Origin: an uncultured Clostridia bacterium
GTDB taxonomy: Bacteria > Bacillota > Clostridia > Christensenellales > UBA1242
Direction: 5' to 3'
Length of the DNA: 64,000 nt
Assembly (NCBI GenBank): GCA_944332315.1
Contig: CALVJT010000021.1
Location: 73,568-137,567 of the forward strand
Position 1 is the stretch's first letter. Each line of letters begins with the position of its first letter. Positions 8,247 to 18,108 of the stretch are shown piece after piece. The position numbers and the translations under genes are program-made. The notes under the pieces are model-generated. The model did no database searches. It worked only from the letters and a program-made list of their open reading frames with translations, and was not told the origin of the DNA.

Positions 8247-10337
8247 ATGGAGAAAAAGATTTTTGAAACAACATATGGTGGCAAAAAAGTTACGGCGGAA
8301 ATTGGTACATATGCTATGCAGGCTGATGGTTCTTGTTTAGTTAGATGCCAAGATACAGCAGTTTTAGTAAATGTAACAGTGGCTGATAAGCCTCGTGATG
8401 GGGTAGATTTTTTGCCTTTAAGTGTAGATTACGAGGAAAAGTTATATGCTGTTGGCAAAATCCCTGGGGGATACAAACGCAGGGAAGGCAGACCATCTGA
8501 CCAAGCAATTTTGGTGGCAAGGTTGATTGATAGACCTTTGAGGCCATTGTTCCCTAAAAAATTTTATAACGATATTTCTATTGTTGCTACTCCGCTATCT
8601 ATTGACCCCGATGTTGCGCCCGAAGCGCTTGCTATGATTGGTTCAAGCATTGCTTTATCAATTTCGTCTGCGCCATTTGAGGGGCCAACTGGAGCTGTCA
8701 ATATTGCATTAGTTAATGATGAATTTGTTATTAATCCTAATGATAATCAACGCGAAAATAGCAAGCTAAATTTAACTGTAAGTGGTACTCACGATGCTGT
8801 TTTGATGGTAGAGGCTGGTGCGCATTTTGTGGATGAGGACACTATGCTAAAAGCTATTATGTTTGCGCACGATGAAATAAAAAAACAGGTTGAGTTTCAG
8901 CAAGATATAATTAAAGTTTATCACAAAGATAAAAAACAGCCACTTGTTGAGGATGACATTGTAGTTCAAATTGAAAATGAAGTTGCAAGTTATGTTGACG
9001 AAAAACTAAATTATGTTCTAGATACTTTTGATAGGGCTGAAAGACAGGCGCGCGATAAGGCATTAAAAGAAAGCACCCTTAATTATTTTGAGCCCCAATA
9101 CCCTGAAATAGAAAACTTAAATAAGATTATTGATGCCACAATCTACTCTTTAACCAAAAGCAAAGTACGCAAAAATATTGTAGAAAAGGGTATTCGACTT
9201 GATGGGAGAAAGTTGGATGAAATTCGGCCTATTTGGTGTCAAGTTGGGTTGCTTCCTAGAGTTCATGGATCTGGCGTTTTTACTCGCGGTCAAACGCAGG
9301 TTTTGACTACTTGCACACTTGGGATGTTGAGCGAAATGCAACACATAGATGGATTAGAGGAGGAGGAAGAGGTAAAACGCTATATGCATCACTACAATAT
9401 GCCTCCTTATAGCACTGGAGAGGCTAAAATGTTAAAGAGCCCTGGTAGGCGCGAAATAGGCCACGGAGCTTTGGCGGAGAGAGCTTTGGAACCTGTACTG
9501 CCTAGTGAGGAGGAGTTTCCTTATTGCATAAGGACAGTTTCGGAGGTGTTGAGCTCTAACGGGTCGACTTCTCAAGCAAGCGTATGTGGTTCTACTCTTG
9601 CACTTATGGATGCTGGTGTTCCTATTCTATCACCGGTTGCAGGTATTGCTATGGGGCTGATTAAAGAGGGTGACCAAATTTTTGTATTGACCGATATTCA
9701 AGGCGAGGAAGATTTTTACGGAGACATGGATTTTAAGGTAGCTGGAACCGAAAAGGGTATAACTGCTATACAAATGGATATAAAAATAAAAGGCATAGAT
9801 GAAAACATTTTGAAAACTGCGCTACAAAAAGCAAAAATTGGTAGAATGTTTATTATGGATAAGATGCTACAAACTATAGATGCACCAAGAAAAGAGCTAT
9901 CCCCATATGCTCCTAAGATAGTTTCATTTAATATAGACCCTGATAAAATTAAAGATGTTATAGGTTCTGGCGGTAAAAATATAAATAAAATTATTGAAGA
10001 AACTAATGTAAAAATTGATATTGAGGACGACGGATTTGTTACTATTGGTGGAATGGATAAGGACAAAATACAACGCGCTAAAGAAATTATCGAAAGCATT
10101 GTAATGGAAATATGTGTTGGAAATGTTATGAATGGAGTAGTTGTAAGAACTAGTGATTTCGGCGCTTTTGTATCCTTATCTCCAATTAAGGAAGGACTAA
10201 TTCATATATCAAAGTTATCGGATAAACATATTGATAAAACCGAGGATGTTGTCAAAGTGGGGGATAAGGTGAAAGTTGAGGTGATAAAGATAGATAACCG
10301 CGGTCGCATAGATTTGAAGCTTATAAACAAATTATAA
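8247..10337 (+). CDS. pnp: Polynucleotide phosphorylase
   Basis: Two RNase PH domains, then KH (GSGGKNINKI) and S1 domains. SD AAGGAG at 8235-8240. Follows rpsO, as in most bacteria. Confidence 0.95.
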   Translation: MEKKIFETTYGGKKVTAEIGTYAMQADGSCLVRCQDTAVLVNVTVADKPRDGVDFLPLSVDYEEKLYAVGKIPGGYKRREGRPSDQAILVARLIDRPLRPLFPKKFYNDISIVATPLSIDPDVAPEALAMIGSSIALSISSAPFEGPTGAVNIALVNDEFVINPNDNQRENSKLNLTVSGTHDAVLMVEAGAHFVDEDTMLKAIMFAHDEIKKQVEFQQDIIKVYHKDKKQPLVEDDIVVQIENEVASYVDEKLNYVLDTFDRAERQARDKALKESTLNYFEPQYPEIENLNKIIDATIYSLTKSKVRKNIVEKGIRLDGRKLDEIRPIWCQVGLLPRVHGSGVFTRGQTQVLTTCTLGMLSEMQHIDGLEEEEEVKRYMHHYNMPPYSTGEAKMLKSPGRREIGHGALAERALEPVLPSEEEFPYCIRTVSEVLSSNGSTSQASVCGSTLALMDAGVPILSPVAGIAMGLIKEGDQIFVLTDIQGEEDFYGDMDFKVAGTEKGITAIQMDIKIKGIDENILKTALQKAKIGRMFIMDKMLQTIDAPRKELSPYAPKIVSFNIDPDKIKDVIGSGGKNINKIIEETNVKIDIEDDGFVTIGGMDKDKIQRAKEIIESIVMEICVGNVMNGVVVRTSDFGAFVSLSPIKEGLIHISKLSDKHIDKTEDVVKVGDKVKVEVIKIDNRGRIDLKLINKL

Positions 10338-10514
10338 AATTGTAGGGAATTCTATTCAAAATGTTGGGGCTTTTCTAATTGATAGGCAAGACCCTAAATT
10401 AATCGAATATGCACTCCAATATTGATTACAGAGTTTATTAAAATTTGATATCCATTTATTTATGTATGAAAAAAATAAAATTTGTAGCATATACATAAAT
10501 GAATGGAGTTTTTT

Positions 10515-11207
10515 ATGAAGTACAGTTTTTTTTCTAACATTTGCATATTCGGTATGTTACTTGCTTTGTTTTGCATAACATATGATAACAACATAAAAAG
10601 TGTTTTTAATCAAAATGATATAGAGCCGTATTATTGTGGCAACGCAAACAATGCTTATGTATCTTTAATGATAAATGTGTACTGGGGGAATGAGTTTATT
10701 GAACCTATGCTCGAGACATTGAGTAAAAATGGAGTAAAAACTACTTTTTTTGTTGGCGGTTCTTGGGCAAACAAATACCCTGAACTGCTAGAAAAAATAG
10801 TAGCGGGTGGGCACGAAATAGGTAATCACGGGTTTACTCATAAGGAGCAATCTAAACTAACCTATGAACAGAATTATAATGAAATTTATATGTGTCATGA
10901 AGTTGTAAAAAATTTGACTGGGATTGAAATGTCTTTGTTTGCGCCACCATCTGGTGATTTTAGCAATACTACTTTGCAGGTAGCAAATGCATTAAATTAT
11001 AAAACTATTATGTGGTCCAAAGATACTATTGATTGGAGAGATAAAAATACCGATTTAATTATAAAAAGGGCAACAAATAACCTAAAAAATGGAGATTTGA
11101 TTTTGATGCATCCCACTCAAAACACGCTAGAAGCCTTGCCAAGTATTATAAAATATTGCCAAGATAATGGGTTTACAATTACCACGGTTTCGAATTGTTT
11201 AAGCTAA
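10515..11207 (+). CDS. Polysaccharide deacetylase (NodB homology; YlxY/PdaB-like)
   Basis: N-terminal TM or signal segment. FFVGGSW...HEIGNHGFTH NodB motifs. Same position as B. subtilis ylxY, downstream of pnp. Confidence 0.8.
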   Translation: MKYSFFSNICIFGMLLALFCITYDNNIKSVFNQNDIEPYYCGNANNAYVSLMINVYWGNEFIEPMLETLSKNGVKTTFFVGGSWANKYPELLEKIVAGGHEIGNHGFTHKEQSKLTYEQNYNEIYMCHEVVKNLTGIEMSLFAPPSGDFSNTTLQVANALNYKTIMWSKDTIDWRDKNTDLIIKRATNNLKNGDLILMHPTQNTLEALPSIIKYCQDNGFTITTVSNCLS

Positions 11208-11225
11208 GTTCGGTTTAGCTACAAA

Positions 11226-11260
11226 AATAGACAAAGTTTGTTATAATTTTGTCTTTTTTG
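11226..11260 (+). terminator. Terminator after the deacetylase gene
   Basis: AGACAAA (11229-11235) pairs with TTTGTCT (11248-11254), followed by a T-run. Confidence 0.5.
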
Positions 11261-11341
11261 TTAATAAAACTTAATGTTTTTGTTGAATAATATTTATATT
11301 TGTGATATAATTACCTAAATTCAGTTAGTTAGGGAGTTTTT

Positions 11342-13984
11342 ATGAACAAAAAGATTTTAACTCGCGCTAATACAATGCCATTAATTCTGCTATTTGTATC
11401 CTTTTTGCTACTTATATGTATGGCATTTTCGATATTAGACTTGATAAATCATATTTTGTTAGGTTTATTCGGCGTGTGTGCGTACATTTTACTAATTTTA
11501 ATCATGGCTTGGAGTATTGCTAAAATAGCGGGATATAAAAACAAATTTTCCAAAAGTTTTGAAGTATCCTTAGTTATTATAGCATTATCTATGATGTTTA
11601 TAATACACCTTGCACTAACTAACGCCTCATACAATTTATCTTTTGTAGAATGTATGGAATATCCTTTTGGAACATTGACTCCAGCGGGAGCGATTTTTTC
11701 TTTCATATTGTATCCATTCAGGTTGCTTTTACCATTAGAGGCTGTTATTTGCTTATTTGTAATACTGATGATTATATTTTTCTGTATTTGCGTGGATAAG
11801 CAATTTCATTATAGACACTTAAAAGAAAATAACACATTTTTATCTACAAAAACCGAGAAAGTAAAAGTTAGCAAAAATTCGAACAAAACGCAAACTATGC
11901 GTGTACCTAATGCCACTATGGAAAAAAATAAAAATATGCCAACATTTATTTCAATGCCACTTACGTTAAATGCTAAAATAGAAAGAGAGGAGCAGGATAA
12001 AGTTACTGATTTGGTTGCGCCTACTCAACCTAAAAAAATTAATATAAAGAAAGAAATCGAAAACAAAAAGATATCTGTAAAGCCGGATCCGGCAATTTAT
12101 AGTGGCATAATAAATGCAGATGTATACAAGGGCGATACTACAACATTGCAAGATGCTATGGAATTTAACGAAGTAAAACCACTAAAACCACAAAAAATTT
12201 TGGTTAATGAAAGCGATGACAATCCCATCATCGGTAAACCGCAAACGATTTTGCGAGAAAATACATTCCACGACTATGACATTTCGCCAATATTGGATGT
12301 AAATGATGTAGCTAGGCAAGAGTTTATTGATGAAAAATTTGCAAGTATTTCCGAAACAAAGGAAAACGATGCTTTTGAAAAACTGGGATTAAATAAATCG
12401 GATAATTCATTTGTTGACAATATAGAACTTGATAATACAATTAATAAAAATTCGAATATAGATTCTATCATTGAGCCAATTAAAGAGCAAGAGCAACCTA
12501 AAAAAGAAGTTCCAAAACCTAAAAAACGCGCAAAATATGTAAGGCCACCTTTGGAATTATTGACAACCCAAAGCACTATTCCTACAATTTCGCAGGAAAA
12601 GTTTGAGGAAAAAGCACATACGATAGAGGAAAAGTTTGAGGAATTTAAGATTTCGGTAAAGTGCGTTGGTGTGACGCGCGGACCTGCTATTACTAGATAT
12701 GAGTTTGAGATGCCTCAAGGCGTTACAGTAAATAAAGTCTTGCAATATTCTAACGATATTTCTATGGTTCTTGAAAGCCGTAAAGCTATTAGAATTGAGG
12801 CACCAATACCTGGTAAAAACGCATTTGGTATTGAAGTTCCTAATGAAAAAGTCGATACAGTTGGTTTAAGAGACATTATCAATACAAAAGAGTTTAGAGA
12901 TGCAACATCGCCTTTGACTTTTGCCCTTGGTAAGGATATAACAAATAGGCCTATTGTAGCGGATGTAGCAAAGCTTGTGCATACACTTGTAGCGGGTTCT
13001 ACTGGTAGTGGTAAATCGGTATGTATGAACTCCATTATAATCTCGCTACTTTATAAAGCATCTCCTGCAGATGTCAGAATAATATTAATTGACCCTAAAT
13101 TTGTCGAGTTTAATATTTACGAGAATTTACCGCATCTGCTGTTGCCTAAAGTCATCACAGAGCCTGCACAGGCAGTTAGTGCCTTGGCGTGGGCGTGCGA
13201 GGAAATGGAAAGGCGCAATAGAGTGTTTGGACAATACTATGTTAGGAGCATCGATGAATTTAATGATTTGCAAGAAGTAAAAGATGGAACCATTGACAAA
13301 ATGTACAAAATTGTTATTATGGTCGATGAGTTGGCAGATTTAATGTTGAATGCTAGAAAGGACATTGAGGAAAAAATATTAAAACTAACTCAAAAAGCGC
13401 GCTCTAGTGGTATACACCTAATTTTGGCAACTCAAAGGCCATCCGTAGATATTATAACGGGTACCATTAAAGCCAACTTGCCATCAAGAATTGCCTTTTC
13501 GTTGACCAACTACAATGATAGTAAAACAATCATTGACCAAAGCGGGGCTGAAAAGCTACTTGGGCGGGGGGATATGCTATATAGTCCTATGGGCGGGGAA
13601 CCTATTCGTTTGCTTGGCCCGTTCATTTCGCAACAAGAAGTGGCATCCATTGTCAAATTTATTAAAGAACACAACCCTTGTGATTTTGATCCGGAGATTG
13701 AAAAATCTATTATGGTAGCAAAAACAAGTGAGGCTGGTTTTGGCGAAGCAACAGATGCTACAAAGGATGAATATTTTATTCCTGCGTTGCGCAATGCTAT
13801 TGAAACACAAATTTGTTCTACCTCTTCTATTCAAAGAAGATTTAGCATAGGCTACAATAGGGCGGCAAGAATTGTGGATGCAATGGAAAAAATGAATTAT
13901 ATTTCAAAAGCCGATGGCTCAAAGCCTCGTCAAATATTTATAACTATGGAAGAATTTTTAAGAGAATATGGAGATAAAGGTTAA
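11342..13984 (+). CDS. ftsK: DNA translocase FtsK/SpoIIIE
   Basis: N-terminal TM helices and a low-complexity linker. Walker A GSTGSGKS and Walker B MVDELADL. C-terminal gamma wHTH (IQRRFSIGYNRAARIVD). Confidence 0.92.
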   Translation: MNKKILTRANTMPLILLFVSFLLLICMAFSILDLINHILLGLFGVCAYILLILIMAWSIAKIAGYKNKFSKSFEVSLVIIALSMMFIIHLALTNASYNLSFVECMEYPFGTLTPAGAIFSFILYPFRLLLPLEAVICLFVILMIIFFCICVDKQFHYRHLKENNTFLSTKTEKVKVSKNSNKTQTMRVPNATMEKNKNMPTFISMPLTLNAKIEREEQDKVTDLVAPTQPKKINIKKEIENKKISVKPDPAIYSGIINADVYKGDTTTLQDAMEFNEVKPLKPQKILVNESDDNPIIGKPQTILRENTFHDYDISPILDVNDVARQEFIDEKFASISETKENDAFEKLGLNKSDNSFVDNIELDNTINKNSNIDSIIEPIKEQEQPKKEVPKPKKRAKYVRPPLELLTTQSTIPTISQEKFEEKAHTIEEKFEEFKISVKCVGVTRGPAITRYEFEMPQGVTVNKVLQYSNDISMVLESRKAIRIEAPIPGKNAFGIEVPNEKVDTVGLRDIINTKEFRDATSPLTFALGKDITNRPIVADVAKLVHTLVAGSTGSGKSVCMNSIIISLLYKASPADVRIILIDPKFVEFNIYENLPHLLLPKVITEPAQAVSALAWACEEMERRNRVFGQYYVRSIDEFNDLQEVKDGTIDKMYKIVIMVDELADLMLNARKDIEEKILKLTQKARSSGIHLILATQRPSVDIITGTIKANLPSRIAFSLTNYNDSKTIIDQSGAEKLLGRGDMLYSPMGGEPIRLLGPFISQQEVASIVKFIKEHNPCDFDPEIEKSIMVAKTSEAGFGEATDATKDEYFIPALRNAIETQICSTSSIQRRFSIGYNRAARIVDAMEKMNYISKADGSKPRQIFITMEEFLREYGDKG

Positions 13985-13989
13985 AATAA

Positions 13990-15309
13990 ATGAACCCTAA
14001 AGATAAAAAAGTTGCACTAATTAGTTTAGGATGCGATAAAAATACTGTCGATTCAGAAAAAATTTTGTACCTCATAAAAAATGCAGGCTTTAATATAACC
14101 ACAGATGTTAGTGAAGCAAATATTATTATAGTAAATACTTGTGCATTTATTTTGGATGCGCAAAAAGAATCTATAAACAGAATATTGGAAGCTGAGTTAT
14201 TCAAAAATTCTAACTGCGAAAAACTAATTGTGTGTGGATGTCTTGTTGCTAGAAATGGCAAAGAATTAAGTTCATCCATACCCAATATCGATTTACTTGT
14301 TGATATTAATGACTATGACAAAATTGTGGAGTTGATTTATGGGCTTTACAATGAAAGCGATTTTAATGTTTGTGATAAAGTAGCTCCTGCTCGTTTACTA
14401 TCTACACCAAGCCATTATGCGTATGTGAAAATTGCTGATGGGTGCGATAATTTTTGTACATATTGCACAATTCCTAAAATAAGAGGGCGGTTTAGAAGTC
14501 GTAAAATAGAGGAAATTGTGGAGGAGTGTAGAGCCTTAGCAAGTGGAGGAGTAAAAGAATTAATTTTGGTGGCTCAGGATGTTACTAGGTACGGAATAGA
14601 TTTATATGATGAATATAAAATATGTGATTTGTTGAAGGAGCTTGTAAAAATTGATGGCGTGCGCTGGATAAGGCTCCATTACTGCTATCCGGAGCTTATT
14701 GACGATAATTTGATTGAGTTAATTAATAGCGAGGATAAAATTTGCAAGTACATTGATATCCCACTGCAACATGTAAGTGATAAAATATTAAAAAAGATGA
14801 ATAGGCGCAGTTCTTATAATTCTATTTGCGAACTTTTAGATAAAATTAAAGGGCAAAAGAACAGAATATCTATCCGGTCCTCCTTTATTGTGGGGTTCCC
14901 GTACGAAACGAATAGTGATTTTAACTTATTAAAAAACTTTATAGAACATTATCAATTAGATAATGTGGGAGTTTTTGAGTATTCAAGGGAGGATGGAACT
15001 CCTGCGTACGATATGCCACATCAGGTTCCTAGCTTAATTAAAAAATATAGGCGCAAAAAAATATATAATATACAAAAAAAGATAGCTGAAAAAAATAACT
15101 CTCAGTTAGTGGGGCAGACGATGTTGTGCGTTTTAGATGATATCGAGGATGATGTACTTATTATGAGAAATCAATACAACTCACCTCAAGTAGATACTGT
15201 TGTGTATTGTCAGGCAGTTGGCGATGTTGAAGTCGGGGCTTTTTACGAGGTCAAGATTGTTGATTATAATCAGTACGATTTAATAGGAGAGATTATAAAA
15301 AGGAGTTAA
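13990..15309 (+). CDS. rimO: Ribosomal protein S12 methylthiotransferase RimO
   Basis: MTTase N-domain, radical SAM CDNFCTYC, and a C-terminal TRAM domain. Sits at the ftsK-rimO-pgsA position. Confidence 0.88.
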   Translation: MNPKDKKVALISLGCDKNTVDSEKILYLIKNAGFNITTDVSEANIIIVNTCAFILDAQKESINRILEAELFKNSNCEKLIVCGCLVARNGKELSSSIPNIDLLVDINDYDKIVELIYGLYNESDFNVCDKVAPARLLSTPSHYAYVKIADGCDNFCTYCTIPKIRGRFRSRKIEEIVEECRALASGGVKELILVAQDVTRYGIDLYDEYKICDLLKELVKIDGVRWIRLHYCYPELIDDNLIELINSEDKICKYIDIPLQHVSDKILKKMNRRSSYNSICELLDKIKGQKNRISIRSSFIVGFPYETNSDFNLLKNFIEHYQLDNVGVFEYSREDGTPAYDMPHQVPSLIKKYRRKKIYNIQKKIAEKNNSQLVGQTMLCVLDDIEDDVLIMRNQYNSPQVDTVVYCQAVGDVEVGAFYEVKIVDYNQYDLIGEIIKRS

Positions 15310-15310
15310 T

Positions 15311-15892
15311 ATGAATTTACCTAATAAAATAACTATATCACGCATAGCGTTTGTTCCTATAATTATGATGTTTTATCTTGTAACCGAAATACCTTACGGA
15401 AAATTGATAGCCACAATCTTGTTTATAATTGCTTCAATAACAGATTTTTTGGATGGATATTTAGCTAGAAAGAATAACGAGGTTACAAATACAGGAAAGT
15501 TCCTTGACCCAATAGCAGATAAGTTGCTTGTAATGGCGGGCATATTAGTAATTATATCCGATTTAATTTTGCCTTTGTATGTTTACATTATAGTTTGTGC
15601 CTTAATTTTTGCAAGAGATTATATCGTAAACAGTTTAAGGCAAGTGGCAAGCACAAAAGGTGTAGTTATAGCGGCTGATAAATCTGGTAAAATAAAAACA
15701 TTATTGCTAGATATTGCACTTGTAGGAATGATGTTGCTAGGTTGTATTCAACAGGAAAACTGGTTTGGCGGGGTTGCATTTGATGTACTTTGCTACATAG
15801 TTTATGCTGTAGGCTTGCTAGCTTTATTTATGGTTGTTTATTCTACTATTGATTATTTTTATAAAAACAAAAATGTACTTAAGGGAGATTAA
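15311..15892 (+). CDS. pgsA: CDP-diacylglycerol--glycerol-3-phosphate 3-phosphatidyltransferase
   Basis: CDP-alcohol phosphatidyltransferase motif DGYLARKNNEVTNTGKFLDPIADK. Multi-TM protein. Confidence 0.9.
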   Translation: MNLPNKITISRIAFVPIIMMFYLVTEIPYGKLIATILFIIASITDFLDGYLARKNNEVTNTGKFLDPIADKLLVMAGILVIISDLILPLYVYIIVCALIFARDYIVNSLRQVASTKGVVIAADKSGKIKTLLLDIALVGMMLLGCIQQENWFGGVAFDVLCYIVYAVGLLALFMVVYSTIDYFYKNKNVLKGD

Positions 15893-16957
15893 ATGAATGT
15901 TTCGATTTTTGTTGTGATGAATAATCGCAACGCGAAATGGTTGATTGAAAATTATAACATTTTATATAAGCAATTTTTTAAGATAGGGTTAGACATAGCT
16001 CAATTTGCAATTGTCGAGGATTTACTAGGCATCGACTATAAAGCATTTTCAAAAGGGCTGACAATTTTTATTGAGGATGATGATAAAAAGGCAAGTTCGC
16101 TTTTAGTACCCCTAAGCCAAATGCAAGATTGTGGTAATGGAGTATTTGTAAATCCGAGCAGTAACCAATTAATTATAAAGTTAGATATATTAAATTCTTT
16201 GGATAATATTAAAAAGGTTGTTGCCGAAAAGCTCAAGATAAATTATGTAGACTATAGCATAAAATGTTTTGGATTATCAGAGGAAAATTTGAGTAACTAT
16301 CTAAGGGAATATAAAATATCTAATAACATATTTGATTATTACATTGATACAAAATGCGGTGATAGTTTAATAGTTTTTAGATTTTTAGCATCAATAGATA
16401 AAACAATACAAGAAAACATAGTTTCGGTTTTTGTAAAGGATTTGAAAAGTGCATTCTATGCCTCTAAAGATGTTGGTTTAGCGGAGGCTGTGTGTGAAAT
16501 ACTTACAATAAGAAACATTAAAATTAGTGTTGTCGAAAATTTTACTGGTGGCAAACTTACCGATACTTTGTTAAACGAAAATGATAATGCACAACAAATT
16601 TTAGAGGATACCTTAACTGCGTATTCAAGCAAATCTCTACAAAGAATGTTGGGTGTAGATAAGCGAATACTGGAACAACATAGTGAAGTTAGCGCCGAAG
16701 CCGTGTACGAAATGGTAACTTCTATGCTAAGTAAAAGTAATTGTGATATTGTGGTTGCTACAAGTGGATATAAATCCACACAGGAATCGGGATTATTTTT
16801 TACTGCGGTAGGGGATAGGGATGCAGTAAATGTTTATAAACACAGTATTAACGGAGATAAAAATTTTGTTATACAATTTGGCACCAATACAACTATTTTT
16901 GAATTAATAAAAAAATTGCGTCAAAACACTTTGAATATTTCGAATTATGCTGTATAA
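15893..16957 (+). CDS. cinA: CinA-family protein (C-terminal PncC-like domain; divergent N-terminal half)
   Basis: pgsA-cinA-recA synteny. The C-terminal segment ENFTGGKLTD...AEAVYEMV...VATSGY resembles the CinA ESCTGG-type domain. The N-terminal ~190 aa are not recognisably MoCF-like. Confidence 0.6.
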   Translation: MNVSIFVVMNNRNAKWLIENYNILYKQFFKIGLDIAQFAIVEDLLGIDYKAFSKGLTIFIEDDDKKASSLLVPLSQMQDCGNGVFVNPSSNQLIIKLDILNSLDNIKKVVAEKLKINYVDYSIKCFGLSEENLSNYLREYKISNNIFDYYIDTKCGDSLIVFRFLASIDKTIQENIVSVFVKDLKSAFYASKDVGLAEAVCEILTIRNIKISVVENFTGGKLTDTLLNENDNAQQILEDTLTAYSSKSLQRMLGVDKRILEQHSEVSAEAVYEMVTSMLSKSNCDIVVATSGYKSTQESGLFFTAVGDRDAVNVYKHSINGDKNFVIQFGTNTTIFELIKKLRQNTLNISNYAV

Positions 16958-16958
16958 T
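16931..16958 (+). promoter_or_regulatory. Putative recA promoter
   Basis: TTGAAT (16931-16936), 16-nt spacer, TATAAT (16953-16958). Confidence 0.4.
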
Positions 16959-16998
16959 ATAAGTATATCAAAAATATGTTCTAAAAATGGAGAAAATT

Positions 16999-17988
16999 AT
17001 GGAAGACAAAGATAAAGTACTTGAGCAGGTTATAGCTGACCTAGAAAAACAATATGGTAAAGGTTCAATTATGAAGTTGGGCGATAAATACTATCAAAAA
17101 ATTGATGTGATACCTACAGGATGCCTTACGCTAGATTATGCACTAGGTATTGGCGGAGTACCTAAGGGTAGAATTATAGAGATATATGGGCCTGAGTCAT
17201 CAGGTAAAACTACTGTAGCTTTACATATTATTGCTGAAGCACAAAAGATGGGTGGTGTAGCGGCGTTTATAGATGCCGAACACGCACTAGACCCAATTTA
17301 TGCATCTAAAATAGGTGTGGATGTAGAAAATCTTTATTTATCGCAACCAGATACTGGTGAGCAAGCATTAGATATAACAGAGTCATTAGTTCGTAGTGGT
17401 GCTTTTAGTATTGTTGTAATCGACTCAGTAGCTGCGCTTACCCCTAAAGCAGAAATAGAGGGGGAAATGGGCGATAGCTTTATTGGATTACAGGCAAGGT
17501 TGATGTCGCAAGCTTTAAGAAAGTTGACAGGAATAATCAATAAGTCAAATACTTGTGTAATATTTATCAATCAATTAAGAGAAAAGGTTGGGGTTCTTTT
17601 TGGTTCTCCTGAGGTTACAACTGGTGGTAAAGCGCTTAAATTTTATGCATCAATTCGTATTGATATAAGAAAAGCTGATGTTATAAAGGTGGGAGACAAC
17701 ATTGTTGGCAATAAGACAAAAGCAAAAGTTGTAAAAAATAAAATGTCGCCCCCATTTAAGGTTGCAGAATTCGATATTATGTACGGAACTGGCATTTCAA
17801 AGGAAGGAAGCTTGCTTGATATGGCTGTTGCAAAAAATATTATACAAAAAAGCGGTGCCTGGTTCTCTTATAACGATATGAAAATAGGACAAGGTAAGGA
17901 AGCGGCAAAACAATACTTGATTGATAATAAGGAAGTTTTTGACGAAATTAATGATAAATTAAAAGCAACATTTGATGTAATTGAATAA
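16999..17988 (+). CDS. recA: Recombinase RecA
   Basis: Walker [10 protein letters not shown] plus the L1/L2 loop regions. GGAG lies 6 nt upstream of ATG 16999. The ORF-track start at 16987 is also possible. Confidence 0.95.
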   Translation: MEDKDKVLEQVIADLEKQYGKGSIMKLGDKYYQKIDVIPTGCLTLDYALGIGGVPKGRIIEIYGPESSGKTTVALHIIAEAQKMGGVAAFIDAEHALDPIYASKIGVDVENLYLSQPDTGEQALDITESLVRSGAFSIVVIDSVAALTPKAEIEGEMGDSFIGLQARLMSQALRKLTGIINKSNTCVIFINQLREKVGVLFGSPEVTTGGKALKFYASIRIDIRKADVIKVGDNIVGNKTKAKVVKNKMSPPFKVAEFDIMYGTGISKEGSLLDMAVAKNIIQKSGAWFSYNDMKIGQGKEAAKQYLIDNKEVFDEINDKLKATFDVIE

Positions 17989-18026
17989 TAAAGGAGTTTT
18001 GTACTTCTTTTTTATTTATCATTTGC

Positions 18027-18055
18027 TTGACAATTTAATAAAAAAAATATACAAT
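18027..18055 (+). promoter_or_regulatory. Putative rny promoter
   Basis: TTGACA (18027-18032), 17-nt spacer, TACAAT (18050-18055). Confidence 0.5.
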
Positions 18056-18108
18056 TTTATTGTACATAATTTATTTATGTATAAATATTTCAAGGAGAAA
18101 TAATCGAT

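Noticed and set aside
7667-8340. ORFs 7667-7855 and 8143-8340, which overlap the rpsO leader and the pnp upstream region
   Set aside because: They overlap the well-supported rpsO and pnp genes out of frame. They span promoter, terminator and repeat sequences.
16960-16990. SOS box upstream of recA
   Set aside because: Only the right arm (GTTC at 16978-16981) is present. The left arm reads AAAA instead of GAAC, so it is not called as a feature.
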